Sequence record: NC_048077.1
DNA: 64,000 nucleotides
Strand: one strand, 5' to 3'
The stretch's first letter is position 1, and every line of letters begins with the position of its first letter. Below are positions 36,851 through 44,918 of this stretch, piece after piece. The notes under the pieces are model-generated. The model worked only from the letters and a program-made list of their open reading frames with translations, had not been told where the DNA came from and did no database searches. The position numbers and the translations under genes are program-made.

Positions 36851-37563
36851 TAGATTCCCTGATTGGCGACCAACTCATCAGTGACGTTAGCAATTTTCTC
36901 AACGTTACCTTTGATGTATCCAAGTTCAAAAATCTGAACACGATGTTTGATAACCGCCTGCCCCATCGTCATACACGTTCCATTATTCAAATCAATAAAG
37001 GCATCGCGCAGACGATATGTAACAGGTTTTTCCAGAATAGAAATTAGCTTCGCCATTGTGCTATTGCTGATTCTCAATTCAAGAGCTTCAATCTCTTCCC
37101 GAATGTCAGTAACGCAGCCGCTGTAAATCCATTTGCAAATCGTGTTAGTGATAGGCTTTTGGTGAGTTTTACTTGGCATAGTATAAATGAAAGTCATCAG
37201 GCTATAGAACAAACTTCCTTCTATCGCACGCTGTTTTAAATCTTTCAGATACGATCCAACGGGAACAACTCTAGGCCGAGTAGGTTCGATTTCCTGAACA
37301 GGCTTATCGACTTCCAGACCGTATTTTTCCAGCAGCGTGCTATGACCAAACACAAAGAAAATGTGTTGAGGCATTTGACGAATACTCACCGCGTTACGGT
37401 CAAATTCTTTTGTCCCGACAACAAAAATATGTTTGCGGTATTGCTTATCAGGATCGAGTGCAATTCCTTGAGGGCAATATGTCACGCGAACTTTAGGATC
37501 TTGCGAACGCAACCACGCAAACACCTGTTCCGGACTTTGCTGAGTTACAGCAATCACTGGCAT
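36850..37563 (-). CDS. Hypothetical protein
   Basis: 237 aa ORF in operon with the SbcC-like gene. Confidence 0.7.
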   Translation of the reverse strand: MPVIAVTQQSPEQVFAWLRSQDPKVRVTYCPQGIALDPDKQYRKHIFVVGTKEFDRNAVSIRQMPQHIFFVFGHSTLLEKYGLEVDKPVQEIEPTRPRVVPVGSYLKDLKQRAIEGSLFYSLMTFIYTMPSKTHQKPITNTICKWIYSGCVTDIREEIEALELRISNSTMAKLISILEKPVTYRLRDAFIDLNNGTCMTMGQAVIKHRVQIFELGYIKGNVEKIANVTDELVANQGI

Positions 37564-37565
37564 TT

Positions 37566-37817
37566 TTATTTCCCCAACGCATTCTTGATTTTAACAACCA
37601 TTTCCGGATGAGCGATAATAACGTCATGCACCATATAAACTTTATCCGATGGAACACTGACAGTATTAGAAGTTTTCAGCCGGAATATTTTCGCAACGAT
37701 TTGCATAAAGCGATTGCGCTGTACAGGAACAACTTTGCTTTCAGTGAGCAAGGGATCAGAAATGATCCGATAACCCTTAAACAGAACAGGATTATCAAGA
37801 ATGCTTTGAACGCTCAT
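37566..37817 (-). CDS. Hypothetical protein
   Basis: 83 aa ORF, translationally coupled. Confidence 0.6.
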   Translation of the reverse strand: MSVQSILDNPVLFKGYRIISDPLLTESKVVPVQRNRFMQIVAKIFRLKTSNTVSVPSDKVYMVHDVIIAHPEMVVKIKNALGK

Positions 37818-40117
37818 CAGATTTCCTTCTTAGTAAGGACTGAAATGCCTTTGGTCTTTTCGACTGTCCACTGCTTGTCAGAAAATTCTTCAACAGGCTG
37901 CGGAGTAAGCCAATAGATGTTAGGCACTACACGTTTCAAAATTGGTAAGAAGTTTTCGATCAAGTGATCGCGAACAGCAGGACTACAGTTTGATTCCGGC
38001 TCATCCAGCACAATGAAATCAGGTCGGCGGTTTTCCGGAACAAACGGAAGAATACTTATCGCCCACAACAAACGGAAGCAGTTTGTTTCTGCGCCGCTCA
38101 TGATACTGAAATCAGTTGTGGTTCCATTACTCAAACGAGTTACTTCCGCACCGATACCTTGAGGACAAGTGAACAAGCGCCACTGCATAGGTTCCGGATA
38201 AACAAGGTGGCTGTTCTCGTTTAGTTTATCACTGATCAATTGGAGACGACCTTCCATCGCTTCAAGTTTCAACGCGGTGCCACTGTATGCTTTATAAAGC
38301 GTTTCGTACAGCACGCGTTTATCGATCAACGGTTGGAGTTTTGAAAGTTTGGTACGCAGATCAACAAGCGTATCTTCGTAGTGATCGTATTCCTGAACTT
38401 TTGAAATAACTTTCTGCGCACTGCGCTCAAGTTCGCCGATCTGCGAAGTGAGTTCTTTAATCTGCGCATCAACGCTATTGTATTCCTTTTCAATTTCCTT
38501 CGCGCTTTTCGAAGGTTTCTTGAATGCTTTCAACGACTGATTAAGATCGCGGAATTCTTCGAGTCGGGCAATACGCTTCTCGATATTCTTGCACGGTCTT
38601 TTCGGTTCGTGAACTTGTTCCGGCTTCTCCAGAGATTCCAGCTTAACAAGAATAGCGTCGCGCTTCTTGATAGTCTCAAACTCTTCGGCGATAGCATCAA
38701 TCTTCGCACTGACTTTCTTCAAGCGCTTTTTCAATTCGTCTTTGTCGTGTTCGGGTTTAGAAACTTTGTTCTTTTCCAGATCGCGCAATTCAGATTTGAT
38801 TTCGTAATACTCTTGCTGAGAGCGAATATCTTTAATCAGAGTTTCCGCTTTATCGGCAGCGCGTTTCATTGCACGCAGGTCAACGTCCTGTCCACACGTA
38901 GGGCAAGTTTTGCCGTCAACCTTATGAGAAAGTTTTTCGTAAGCACGAATGATACTCTGCGCTTCTGCCAATTCCTCATCCAGTTCTTCGGATTTTTTCT
39001 TTGGCTTTTTCAGTTTGGAAAGTGATTTGGTTAGACGCTTAACGTCGTCCTTCCATTCCTGATACGCTTCGAGTTCTTCTTCAATGGTGCCTAGAAGTTC
39101 TTCAATCTCTTCCTCTTCATCAACCAGTTTCGAATGCTTTTTAGAAAGTGCTTTCGGATCGGCTTCTGATTCTGGAAGTTCTTTTAGTTCTTCTTTCAGT
39201 GCTGCATGACGCTTGCGATATTTTTTGAGTTCAGCTTGATAGTCTTCAAACTTCTCAATCTTACGCAAGATACCTTCGAGATTTTTCAATTCCTTTTTCG
39301 GGTTATCAGAAACAACACCGAGCTTTTCAATCTCAGAAAGAATGTCGTAATAACGACGAGCATCTTTTCGTTCGGACGTAAGTTCTGCGAAACGTTCGTA
39401 CAGTTCGTTTCGCTTCTCTTTCAGTTCGTCGCTTTTCTTCACAAACTTCTTCGCTTTCTTGCGCGTGTCGTCTGTTACTTTCAATGCTTCTTGTTTTCGC
39501 GCAGTCACATCATAGATATCTGCTACGCCTTTGCTTTCCTTCTCCGCATCTTTGGCAGCGTCCAGTTTCAATTTGACTGCGGCACGAATACGATCATAAA
39601 CATCCAGACCAAACAACTCTGTCAGATATTTAAGACGTTCAGCAGGCTTCGCACGCTGGAAGGGATGAGGCACTTGCGTTTGAATATAGCAGTAACTATA
39701 AAACTCATCCGGAGAAAGAGGAAAGTGTTTTTTGATCCACGTCTTCGCAACGTCCTGACGATCAACTTTCTGGTCTTCGCCGTTCAGATAAACTTTATAT
39801 TTGCTTGCCGTCTGTTCAACACGCACCAGACCACCGAGCGGAGATTGCCACTCAAGAGTTATCGAACTTCCTTTCTTGAGCATGTTTGTTTTGCTGCGCT
39901 TTGTAAGAGCAAGTGGATCTGCTTCGTACAATAAATTCGGCAGCGTACCGAACATCAAACTTTTACCGACGCCGTTTTTATTATCTCTTACGTTCGGGCT
40001 ATCGTTGTTGATTCCTGAAACAGTTACGAAACCTTGTTTGTCCAGATTTTTGAGTTCCAGTTCCTGATACACAACAACGTTTTTTAACTCAATACTCTTT
40101 AGCGAGATACCGGGCAT
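37817..40117 (-). CDS. sbcC: SbcC/Rad50-like SMC ATPase
   Basis: Walker A NGVGKS, long coiled coil with zinc hook CPTCGQ, signature MSGAE and Walker B IVLDEPE. Confidence 0.92.
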   Translation of the reverse strand: MPGISLKSIELKNVVVYQELELKNLDKQGFVTVSGINNDSPNVRDNKNGVGKSLMFGTLPNLLYEADPLALTKRSKTNMLKKGSSITLEWQSPLGGLVRVEQTASKYKVYLNGEDQKVDRQDVAKTWIKKHFPLSPDEFYSYCYIQTQVPHPFQRAKPAERLKYLTELFGLDVYDRIRAAVKLKLDAAKDAEKESKGVADIYDVTARKQEALKVTDDTRKKAKKFVKKSDELKEKRNELYERFAELTSERKDARRYYDILSEIEKLGVVSDNPKKELKNLEGILRKIEKFEDYQAELKKYRKRHAALKEELKELPESEADPKALSKKHSKLVDEEEEIEELLGTIEEELEAYQEWKDDVKRLTKSLSKLKKPKKKSEELDEELAEAQSIIRAYEKLSHKVDGKTCPTCGQDVDLRAMKRAADKAETLIKDIRSQQEYYEIKSELRDLEKNKVSKPEHDKDELKKRLKKVSAKIDAIAEEFETIKKRDAILVKLESLEKPEQVHEPKRPCKNIEKRIARLEEFRDLNQSLKAFKKPSKSAKEIEKEYNSVDAQIKELTSQIGELERSAQKVISKVQEYDHYEDTLVDLRTKLSKLQPLIDKRVLYETLYKAYSGTALKLEAMEGRLQLISDKLNENSHLVYPEPMQWRLFTCPQGIGAEVTRLSNGTTTDFSIMSGAETNCFRLLWAISILPFVPENRRPDFIVLDEPESNCSPAVRDHLIENFLPILKRVVPNIYWLTPQPVEEFSDKQWTVEKTKGISVLTKKEI

Positions 40118-40119
40118 AG

Positions 40120-40320
40120 TTACATCCAGACGTGAGCAGGTTCGTACCAGAGATTATCATTCGGATAATCCTTCGCAAGTTTTTCCAATTCCTTTTCCGG
40201 ATCGGCAAACACCTGACTTACGATTTCTTTTTCGTGTTCAGGTTCATGCGTGTAAGGATTGATATCAATCGCATGGCGGCAGATGTGAAAGCATGGGATT
40301 TGTCGTGTAAGTGAAAACAT
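40120..40320 (-). CDS. Hypothetical protein
   Basis: 66 aa ORF downstream of a CTGTAAA motif. Confidence 0.55.
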   Translation of the reverse strand: MFSLTRQIPCFHICRHAIDINPYTHEPEHEKEIVSQVFADPEKELEKLAKDYPNDNLWYEPAHVWM

Positions 40321-40380
40321 AATGAATACCAGAGTTAATTAAACCTATATCCATATTTTTACAGTTTTAAACGTGAAAAA

Positions 40381-40398
40381 GGGCAGCAAGTGCCACCC
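40381..40398 (-). terminator. Intrinsic terminator, conserved family copy 3 (variant loop)
   Basis: GGGTGGC-ACTT-GCTGCCC followed by TTTTT. Confidence 0.7.
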
Positions 40399-40400
40399 TT

Positions 40401-40640
40401 TTATTTCGGAAGTTCCGTGAAAAATTCATCGCCGTTATAATAGCCATCAAAAAGAAATGGCCCGGTTACTGCTTCGAGTTTAAGTTTCTCTTTTAAAAGT
40501 TTCATATAGCGTTCGCCATATGCACCTAAGTCAGCAGGCCATTTACGTGCCGTATCATCGACGTAACAGAGGAATGTATAATCCCAATTTTGTTGTGCGA
40601 GATTAGGCGCGTTGGAAAGCGAAACAAGAATTTGCATCAT
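40401..40640 (-). CDS. Hypothetical protein with the N-terminal ISLS-type motif
   Basis: Begins MMQILVSLSN. Confidence 0.65.
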   Translation of the reverse strand: MMQILVSLSNAPNLAQQNWDYTFLCYVDDTARKWPADLGAYGERYMKLLKEKLKLEAVTGPFLFDGYYNGDEFFTELPK

Positions 40641-40653
40641 TCACCTTCATAGT

Positions 40654-41088
40654 TTATCGACGACGCTTTTTCCGCTTGATGGTGGATTTAGGCAATTTGA
40701 TTTTCTTCATTGCCTCGCGTGCATCGGAGATTTGTTTACGCAAACTAGCTCGACGTTCTTCGATAGCTTTTTTGTTTGCATCGGTGACTTCCGTTTTCTC
40801 CAGTCGCTCAAGTTCATTGATCAAACGATCAACTACTCCAGCGCGTCCGACTTTTTGTTGCTGGATGCGTGCAATATCAGTAGCGCGACGGCGAACCTTT
40901 CCGCGCTCTGCCAATTCCTTTCTAGCGCCTTGCACATTACGCTGATTTTCAGTGGCGTCCTGTAGATTATCACGCGCCAACTTTTCACTGCGCTGCGCCT
41001 TCTTCACGTTGTCCTTAGCATTTTCCAAAACCACTTTCTGTTCTTCGAGAGGGCTTTTCATTTTGCTGAGACTAATGAGAACTTGCAT
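40654..41088 (-). CDS. Coiled-coil basic protein with the N-terminal ISLS-type motif
   Basis: Begins MQVLISLSK. Confidence 0.7.
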   Translation of the reverse strand: MQVLISLSKMKSPLEEQKVVLENAKDNVKKAQRSEKLARDNLQDATENQRNVQGARKELAERGKVRRRATDIARIQQQKVGRAGVVDRLINELERLEKTEVTDANKKAIEERRASLRKQISDAREAMKKIKLPKSTIKRKKRRR

Positions 41089-41090
41089 AG

Positions 41091-41768
41091 TTACTCCAGA
41101 ATATTTTCGGTGCGCGGTTTAAACGTTCCTTTATTTCCGATTGCCGATTTGATTTGCGTAGGCGAGAACACAACATAGAAAAAGTGCTCACCACGTTTAG
41201 CAATAATCCCATCACGTCCAGTTGCGGCTGCAAACACTTCCGGAAAGCGCCATGATTCTGGCTCACCTGCGTAGATATCCTGAAACAGATTATGGCCAGC
41301 AGTTATAACATCCATGCCAACAAAGTCTTCAAGATATTCTTTCTTCGCACTTGCCAGACCTTGATATTCAATATCATAGTTTTGTGCGAGAAACTCATTA
41401 AAATGAGGGCGCGTTAAACCGTTAGCAATTTTAGTTGCTTGCGTAAGAGTCATACGCGGAGGCTTTTCAAAAATGATAGGCTTAGTGATTTTCAAATAGA
41501 CGGGCATAGTGCTGCCACTGCCTTTTGTGTAGTAGCGAGCGAATTCGGCAGAATCAGTGAAATAAAATCCAATACCGTATTCGTCGTTGCCTCCACCCAA
41601 ACGCTTTTTATCGAAGGTGTCGAAATTTCCCGGCGTGCCATGATAGACAACGAGCGGATTACCTTGCGGATCTTTGACAACTGATTTTCCAAACCACTTG
41701 TCGAAGGCTGCTTGATCTTTTGAAGTGAAGGCCGAAATAGGCTTCGACAAACTTATTAGAAGTTCCAT
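41091..41768 (-). CDS. ADP-ribosyltransferase-like protein (ART-PolyVal-type domain)
   Basis: FDKWFGKSVVKDPQGNPLVVYHGT, GIGFYFTDS, PVYL, RDGII and VVFSPTQIKSA fit the ART domain found in phage polyvalent proteins. Start at ATG 41768 (MELLISLSK). Confidence 0.75.
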   Translation of the reverse strand: MELLISLSKPISAFTSKDQAAFDKWFGKSVVKDPQGNPLVVYHGTPGNFDTFDKKRLGGGNDEYGIGFYFTDSAEFARYYTKGSGSTMPVYLKITKPIIFEKPPRMTLTQATKIANGLTRPHFNEFLAQNYDIEYQGLASAKKEYLEDFVGMDVITAGHNLFQDIYAGEPESWRFPEVFAAATGRDGIIAKRGEHFFYVVFSPTQIKSAIGNKGTFKPRTENILE

Positions 41769-41788
41769 CGCTAAATCCTTAAAAGAGA

Positions 41789-41810
41789 AAAGCGGGAGCA
41801 ATCCCGCTTT
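41789..41810 (-). terminator. Intrinsic terminator
   Basis: AAAGCGGGA-TTGC-TCCCGCTTT followed by TCTCTTTT. Confidence 0.7.
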
Positions 41811-41888
41811 GGAATAAAGTTTCGGTAGCTCGTACCTACCGCCGAAGTTTTACTTCTTGGCGGTAAAGAAGAGATAAGGATCACCTCC

Positions 41889-42368
41889 TTACTGACCGTA
41901 GATCCTACGGCTTGGATACGACTTCATGCGATCAACGCCGGGAGTAACTGCCAGCGTTTGATAATAATCTTCCAACGCATCAACGTTAGGAAAGAACACC
42001 AGTTGATCTTTCATCTTACTCCAAACAAGATACGAAAGTTTTCGGTTATCACCTTCAATCGCCAGATAGAAATCACCTGCGCCGAAAGGCGTTTTAACAG
42101 GCATAGGCTTCATGAAGTTTACGAAATCGCTCGCTTGTTTGAGGACACGATCATTGTAGATACAGATTACCCCATCCTCGCCGGAAGGAACAAAATGCAA
42201 CTCACCAGTGCGCGATTTAAGCATTCCAATTGGAGATTTTGACGTGTCAACATCTGCACCGAAAATCTTCTTACACATATGCTTGATTTCAAGCGGATTC
42301 AGGTGCTCAGAATAACGCGTCCACAATAAGTCTTCCGAGACTTTTGAAAGGGAAAAGACGATTTGCAT
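41889..42368 (-). CDS. Hypothetical protein with the N-terminal ISLS-type motif
   Basis: Begins MQIVFSLSK. Confidence 0.7.
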   Translation of the reverse strand: MQIVFSLSKVSEDLLWTRYSEHLNPLEIKHMCKKIFGADVDTSKSPIGMLKSRTGELHFVPSGEDGVICIYNDRVLKQASDFVNFMKPMPVKTPFGAGDFYLAIEGDNRKLSYLVWSKMKDQLVFFPNVDALEDYYQTLAVTPGVDRMKSYPSRRIYGQ

Positions 42369-42421
42369 TGCAGATTTCCTATAGTGGTCTGTGGTACAAA
42401 ATTAGCGTCAAAATGAAAAAT

Positions 42422-42440
42422 GGGCAGCACAAGGCCACCC
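42422..42440 (-). terminator. Intrinsic terminator, conserved family copy 4
   Basis: GGGTGGCCTTGTGCTGCCC followed by ATTTTTC. Confidence 0.7.
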
Positions 42441-42447
42441 ATTAAAA

Positions 42448-43668
42448 TTACTTCAACTTGATTGAAAGTTTCCCGGAATAGATATCCGACATTAAACCAG
42501 TGATCGTACTTTCAAACATCACCTCAACCGGAATACTGGAAGAGTTGATCGCCAATTCGATATCACACAACGCTTTCTGCAAATAGATGATTGCGATTGG
42601 TTCGATATTGAATTTTGCTTTCTTGCGGTTATCGTTGAACTTACGCAGTTCCGCAGTTTGGAACTTGTTAGTCTTCGCGATATCGCCGAGAATGTAATGC
42701 AAAAGCCAACGCGACTTATGAAGCAGGCCGCGAATATCGGCAGCGTTACGCACGGTACGAATGATTTCGATGAGATCCATTTTGAGATAACCAGTAATGA
42801 AATCTACCGCCATATCTCCTAAGTTGATTTCCGGATCGCTTGCCGCCATATCCAGAACCAAATCAGTATTGAATTCTTCACCGCCTTTAACCGCAGAATA
42901 AACGGTCTGGAATAAACCGATTGCACCGCGCAACTGACCGCCAGAATATTCAGCGATGGTGCGAATCGCAGCACGCGCTTCTTTGAGTTCCTTTTTGTCC
43001 TTCGGCAGAATCTTTTCTGCTTTGGCAATAAACTCAATGCGCTCTGCAATCACGTCCGGATCAATCGGATTGATTGGCAACTTAACGCAACGAGAAAGAA
43101 TCGTGCTCTTAATCTTTTGCGGATCAGTTGAGATTAAAACCCAAATGGTATGCGGTGCTGGATTCTCAAGAGGAATAAGGAATTTACTTTCCGCTTGTGA
43201 AGTCATCAAGTGCGCTTCATCGAGAATGTATACGCGACGGCGATACATCGGGCTTAACGTGCTGCTTTCGATGATGCGTTGCGAGCCTTCAACTTTACCG
43301 CTATCGTTGCCCATATCGTAGGTAAGAATATCCGGATGGAAACCGCTATCAAACGCTTTGCACGATGGACATTCACCGCACGCGTTTAGCGTATCGCAGT
43401 TCACCGTTTTACCGATGATGTTACCGAACGTTGTTTTACCGGAACCCAAATGCCCGCTAATCAAAACAACACTGGGGAAAGTTTTAGTTTTCAACCAACC
43501 GCGATATTGTTTGTGGATGTGTTCTTGCCCGATGAAATCTTCGATGTTCTTCGGACGATATTTGTTTGCGAAGTTAATCGTGTTGAGATCGAGCAACTCA
43601 CTTGTTTTCTTTTTCTTCTTTTTCTTTGTGTCTTTGTCTTCAATGATACGGCGCTTTGCTTTGGTCAT
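42448..43668 (-). CDS. dnaX: Clamp loader ATPase, DnaX (gamma/tau)-like
   Basis: KYRPKNIEDFIGQEH, GHLGSGKTT, zinc motif CGECPSC, ILDEAH and SRC motif. Confidence 0.92.
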   Translation of the reverse strand: MTKAKRRIIEDKDTKKKKKKKTSELLDLNTINFANKYRPKNIEDFIGQEHIHKQYRGWLKTKTFPSVVLISGHLGSGKTTFGNIIGKTVNCDTLNACGECPSCKAFDSGFHPDILTYDMGNDSGKVEGSQRIIESSTLSPMYRRRVYILDEAHLMTSQAESKFLIPLENPAPHTIWVLISTDPQKIKSTILSRCVKLPINPIDPDVIAERIEFIAKAEKILPKDKKELKEARAAIRTIAEYSGGQLRGAIGLFQTVYSAVKGGEEFNTDLVLDMAASDPEINLGDMAVDFITGYLKMDLIEIIRTVRNAADIRGLLHKSRWLLHYILGDIAKTNKFQTAELRKFNDNRKKAKFNIEPIAIIYLQKALCDIELAINSSSIPVEVMFESTITGLMSDIYSGKLSIKLK

Positions 43669-43703
43669 TTCTGAATTCCAGTTTGAGGGATCGTATACAG
43701 GGA

Positions 43704-43715
43704 ATTTACAGATTT
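43704..43715 (-). promoter_or_regulatory. CTGTAAA(T) promoter-like motif upstream of dnaX
   Basis: AAATCTGTAAAT about 36 nt before the ATG, immediately after a terminator. Confidence 0.6.
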
Positions 43716-43720
43716 GATCA

Positions 43721-44010
43721 AAAAAAAAGGAAGAACCGCCGTAGCCTTCGGTTCCTCCTTACAGGGTAATAATGAATCGCTCTTTTTAGTTATGGGTAAA
43801 CTCCAAAGAAACCTTTTCGAGTCTCTTTGGAGTTTACCCGCCGGGCTGTCGGAACCCATTAGATAAACTCCCCCGCAGATTAAAGTGCGATAGCGGGATA
43901 CGCACCGGGCGAGTCTTACTGTCAGTGACCTGCCCGTGTCATTCACAAGGCCAATGCACGCTCGCCGCTCCACAACGAACCTTCCTGCGAAAAGTTCTTG
44001 TAGCGTGAGT
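43721..44010 (-). ncRNA. Candidate structured non-coding RNA ending in a strong terminator
   Basis: About 290 nt intergenic region with a perfect 16-bp hairpin (43794-43839), an H-type pseudoknot (43872-43905), further helices, and a 12-bp terminator followed by a U-run. Confidence 0.55.
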
Positions 44011-44586
44011 TTATAAATTAGAAAAAATTTCCAGTTTCTTATCCAAAGTCTGAATAAAGTTTTCGTCAAAATCAAACACACGGTCGAACGGAAGATTCTT
44101 GTTCCACGGCTGATCGAAAAGAATAATGTGTTCTGCATCTTCTTCGCTGTTCTGACAAGAGAAGTGTGGACGGTCATCGAAAAGAATAAAATCGTCGCCA
44201 TCGAAAACTTCTTGCAGAAACTCAACCTTGTTTGGCGTAGTCATCGGATCAAGGAAGTAGTGATCGGAAAACAAATTCCATTCTTCTTCGGTGAAAAGTT
44301 TGCGAGTAAGAACCGCACCGAGTTTGTGATAACCACGATGAGAGCACGAATAAATATCGTGTCCTTCCGCAATCAGACGGCGCACTATCGGAATGAAGCC
44401 TTCACGGATTTCAACTTTATCCATGAAGTGCGCAGATTCCATCAGGCCGAGGAAACCGCTACCGCCGTTATCTTCTGTGCAATACTCATCAAGCGGAATA
44501 TCGTCGCCGTGATTTTCTTTCAGATACTTGACGTAGAAAGGATGCGTGCGTAATGCAGTATCATCCCAATCAAAAACGATTTTCAT
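44011..44586 (-). CDS. HAD-family 5'(3')-deoxyribonucleotidase (NT5C-like)
   Basis: IVFDWDDT motif I, ILFDDRP and ILFDQPWN. Confidence 0.85.
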   Translation of the reverse strand: MKIVFDWDDTALRTHPFYVKYLKENHGDDIPLDEYCTEDNGGSGFLGLMESAHFMDKVEIREGFIPIVRRLIAEGHDIYSCSHRGYHKLGAVLTRKLFTEEEWNLFSDHYFLDPMTTPNKVEFLQEVFDGDDFILFDDRPHFSCQNSEEDAEHIILFDQPWNKNLPFDRVFDFDENFIQTLDKKLEIFSNL

Positions 44587-44918
44587 TAATGAATCCTTGT
44601 AGGGAAAACAAACGGAATGCCAGAAATCATTCCGAGATTAAAATTGGCAGTCTTCGCATGGTGACGAATCGTATCCGAGTTTGTAACTTTGTGAATATCT
44701 TCACCGTTAGTAAACTTGAACGAGATTTTTACCGGAGAGTAAGTATCGGTTTCCGTGTTGTATAGATGAGGATCTAAAATCCAGATTCCATCACCATAAT
44801 CAGCAAGGCAACCAACGAAAATCATTCCCTCCGCTTCGTACATTGCGAGAGGACTATCCAACGTAATAGGGAAGACTTGATTATCTTCCCCTTTCCGATT
44901 CAGTTCGTCAATCAACAT
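44586..44918 (-). CDS. Hypothetical protein
   Basis: ATG 44918 follows an AGGAG RBS. Confidence 0.6.
   Translation of the reverse strand: MLIDELNRKGEDNQVFPITLDSPLAMYEAEGMIFVGCLADYGDGIWILDPHLYNTETDTYSPVKISFKFTNGEDIHKVTNSDTIRHHAKTANFNLGMISGIPFVFPTRIH

Noticed and set aside
41878-41891. 16S rRNA gene fragment
   Set aside because: Only 14 nt match the 16S 3' end and the flanks are not rRNA; treated as an SD-like element instead.
43600-43640. Programmed -1 frameshift in dnaX at the poly-Lys codons
   Set aside because: The run is AAG AAA AAG, lacking the A AAA AAG heptamer, and it lies at the N-terminus rather than the gamma/tau junction.
43721-44010. tmRNA, tRNA or HDV-like ribozyme identity for the structured RNA
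   Set aside because: No tRNA-like acceptor or T-arm ends, and the required HDV P1/P1.1 pairing could not be built.
43665-44225. 186 aa minus-strand ORF across the structured intergenic region
   Set aside because: Overlaps the nucleotidase out of frame, crosses a terminator and has no recognisable features; the RNA structure explains the region better.
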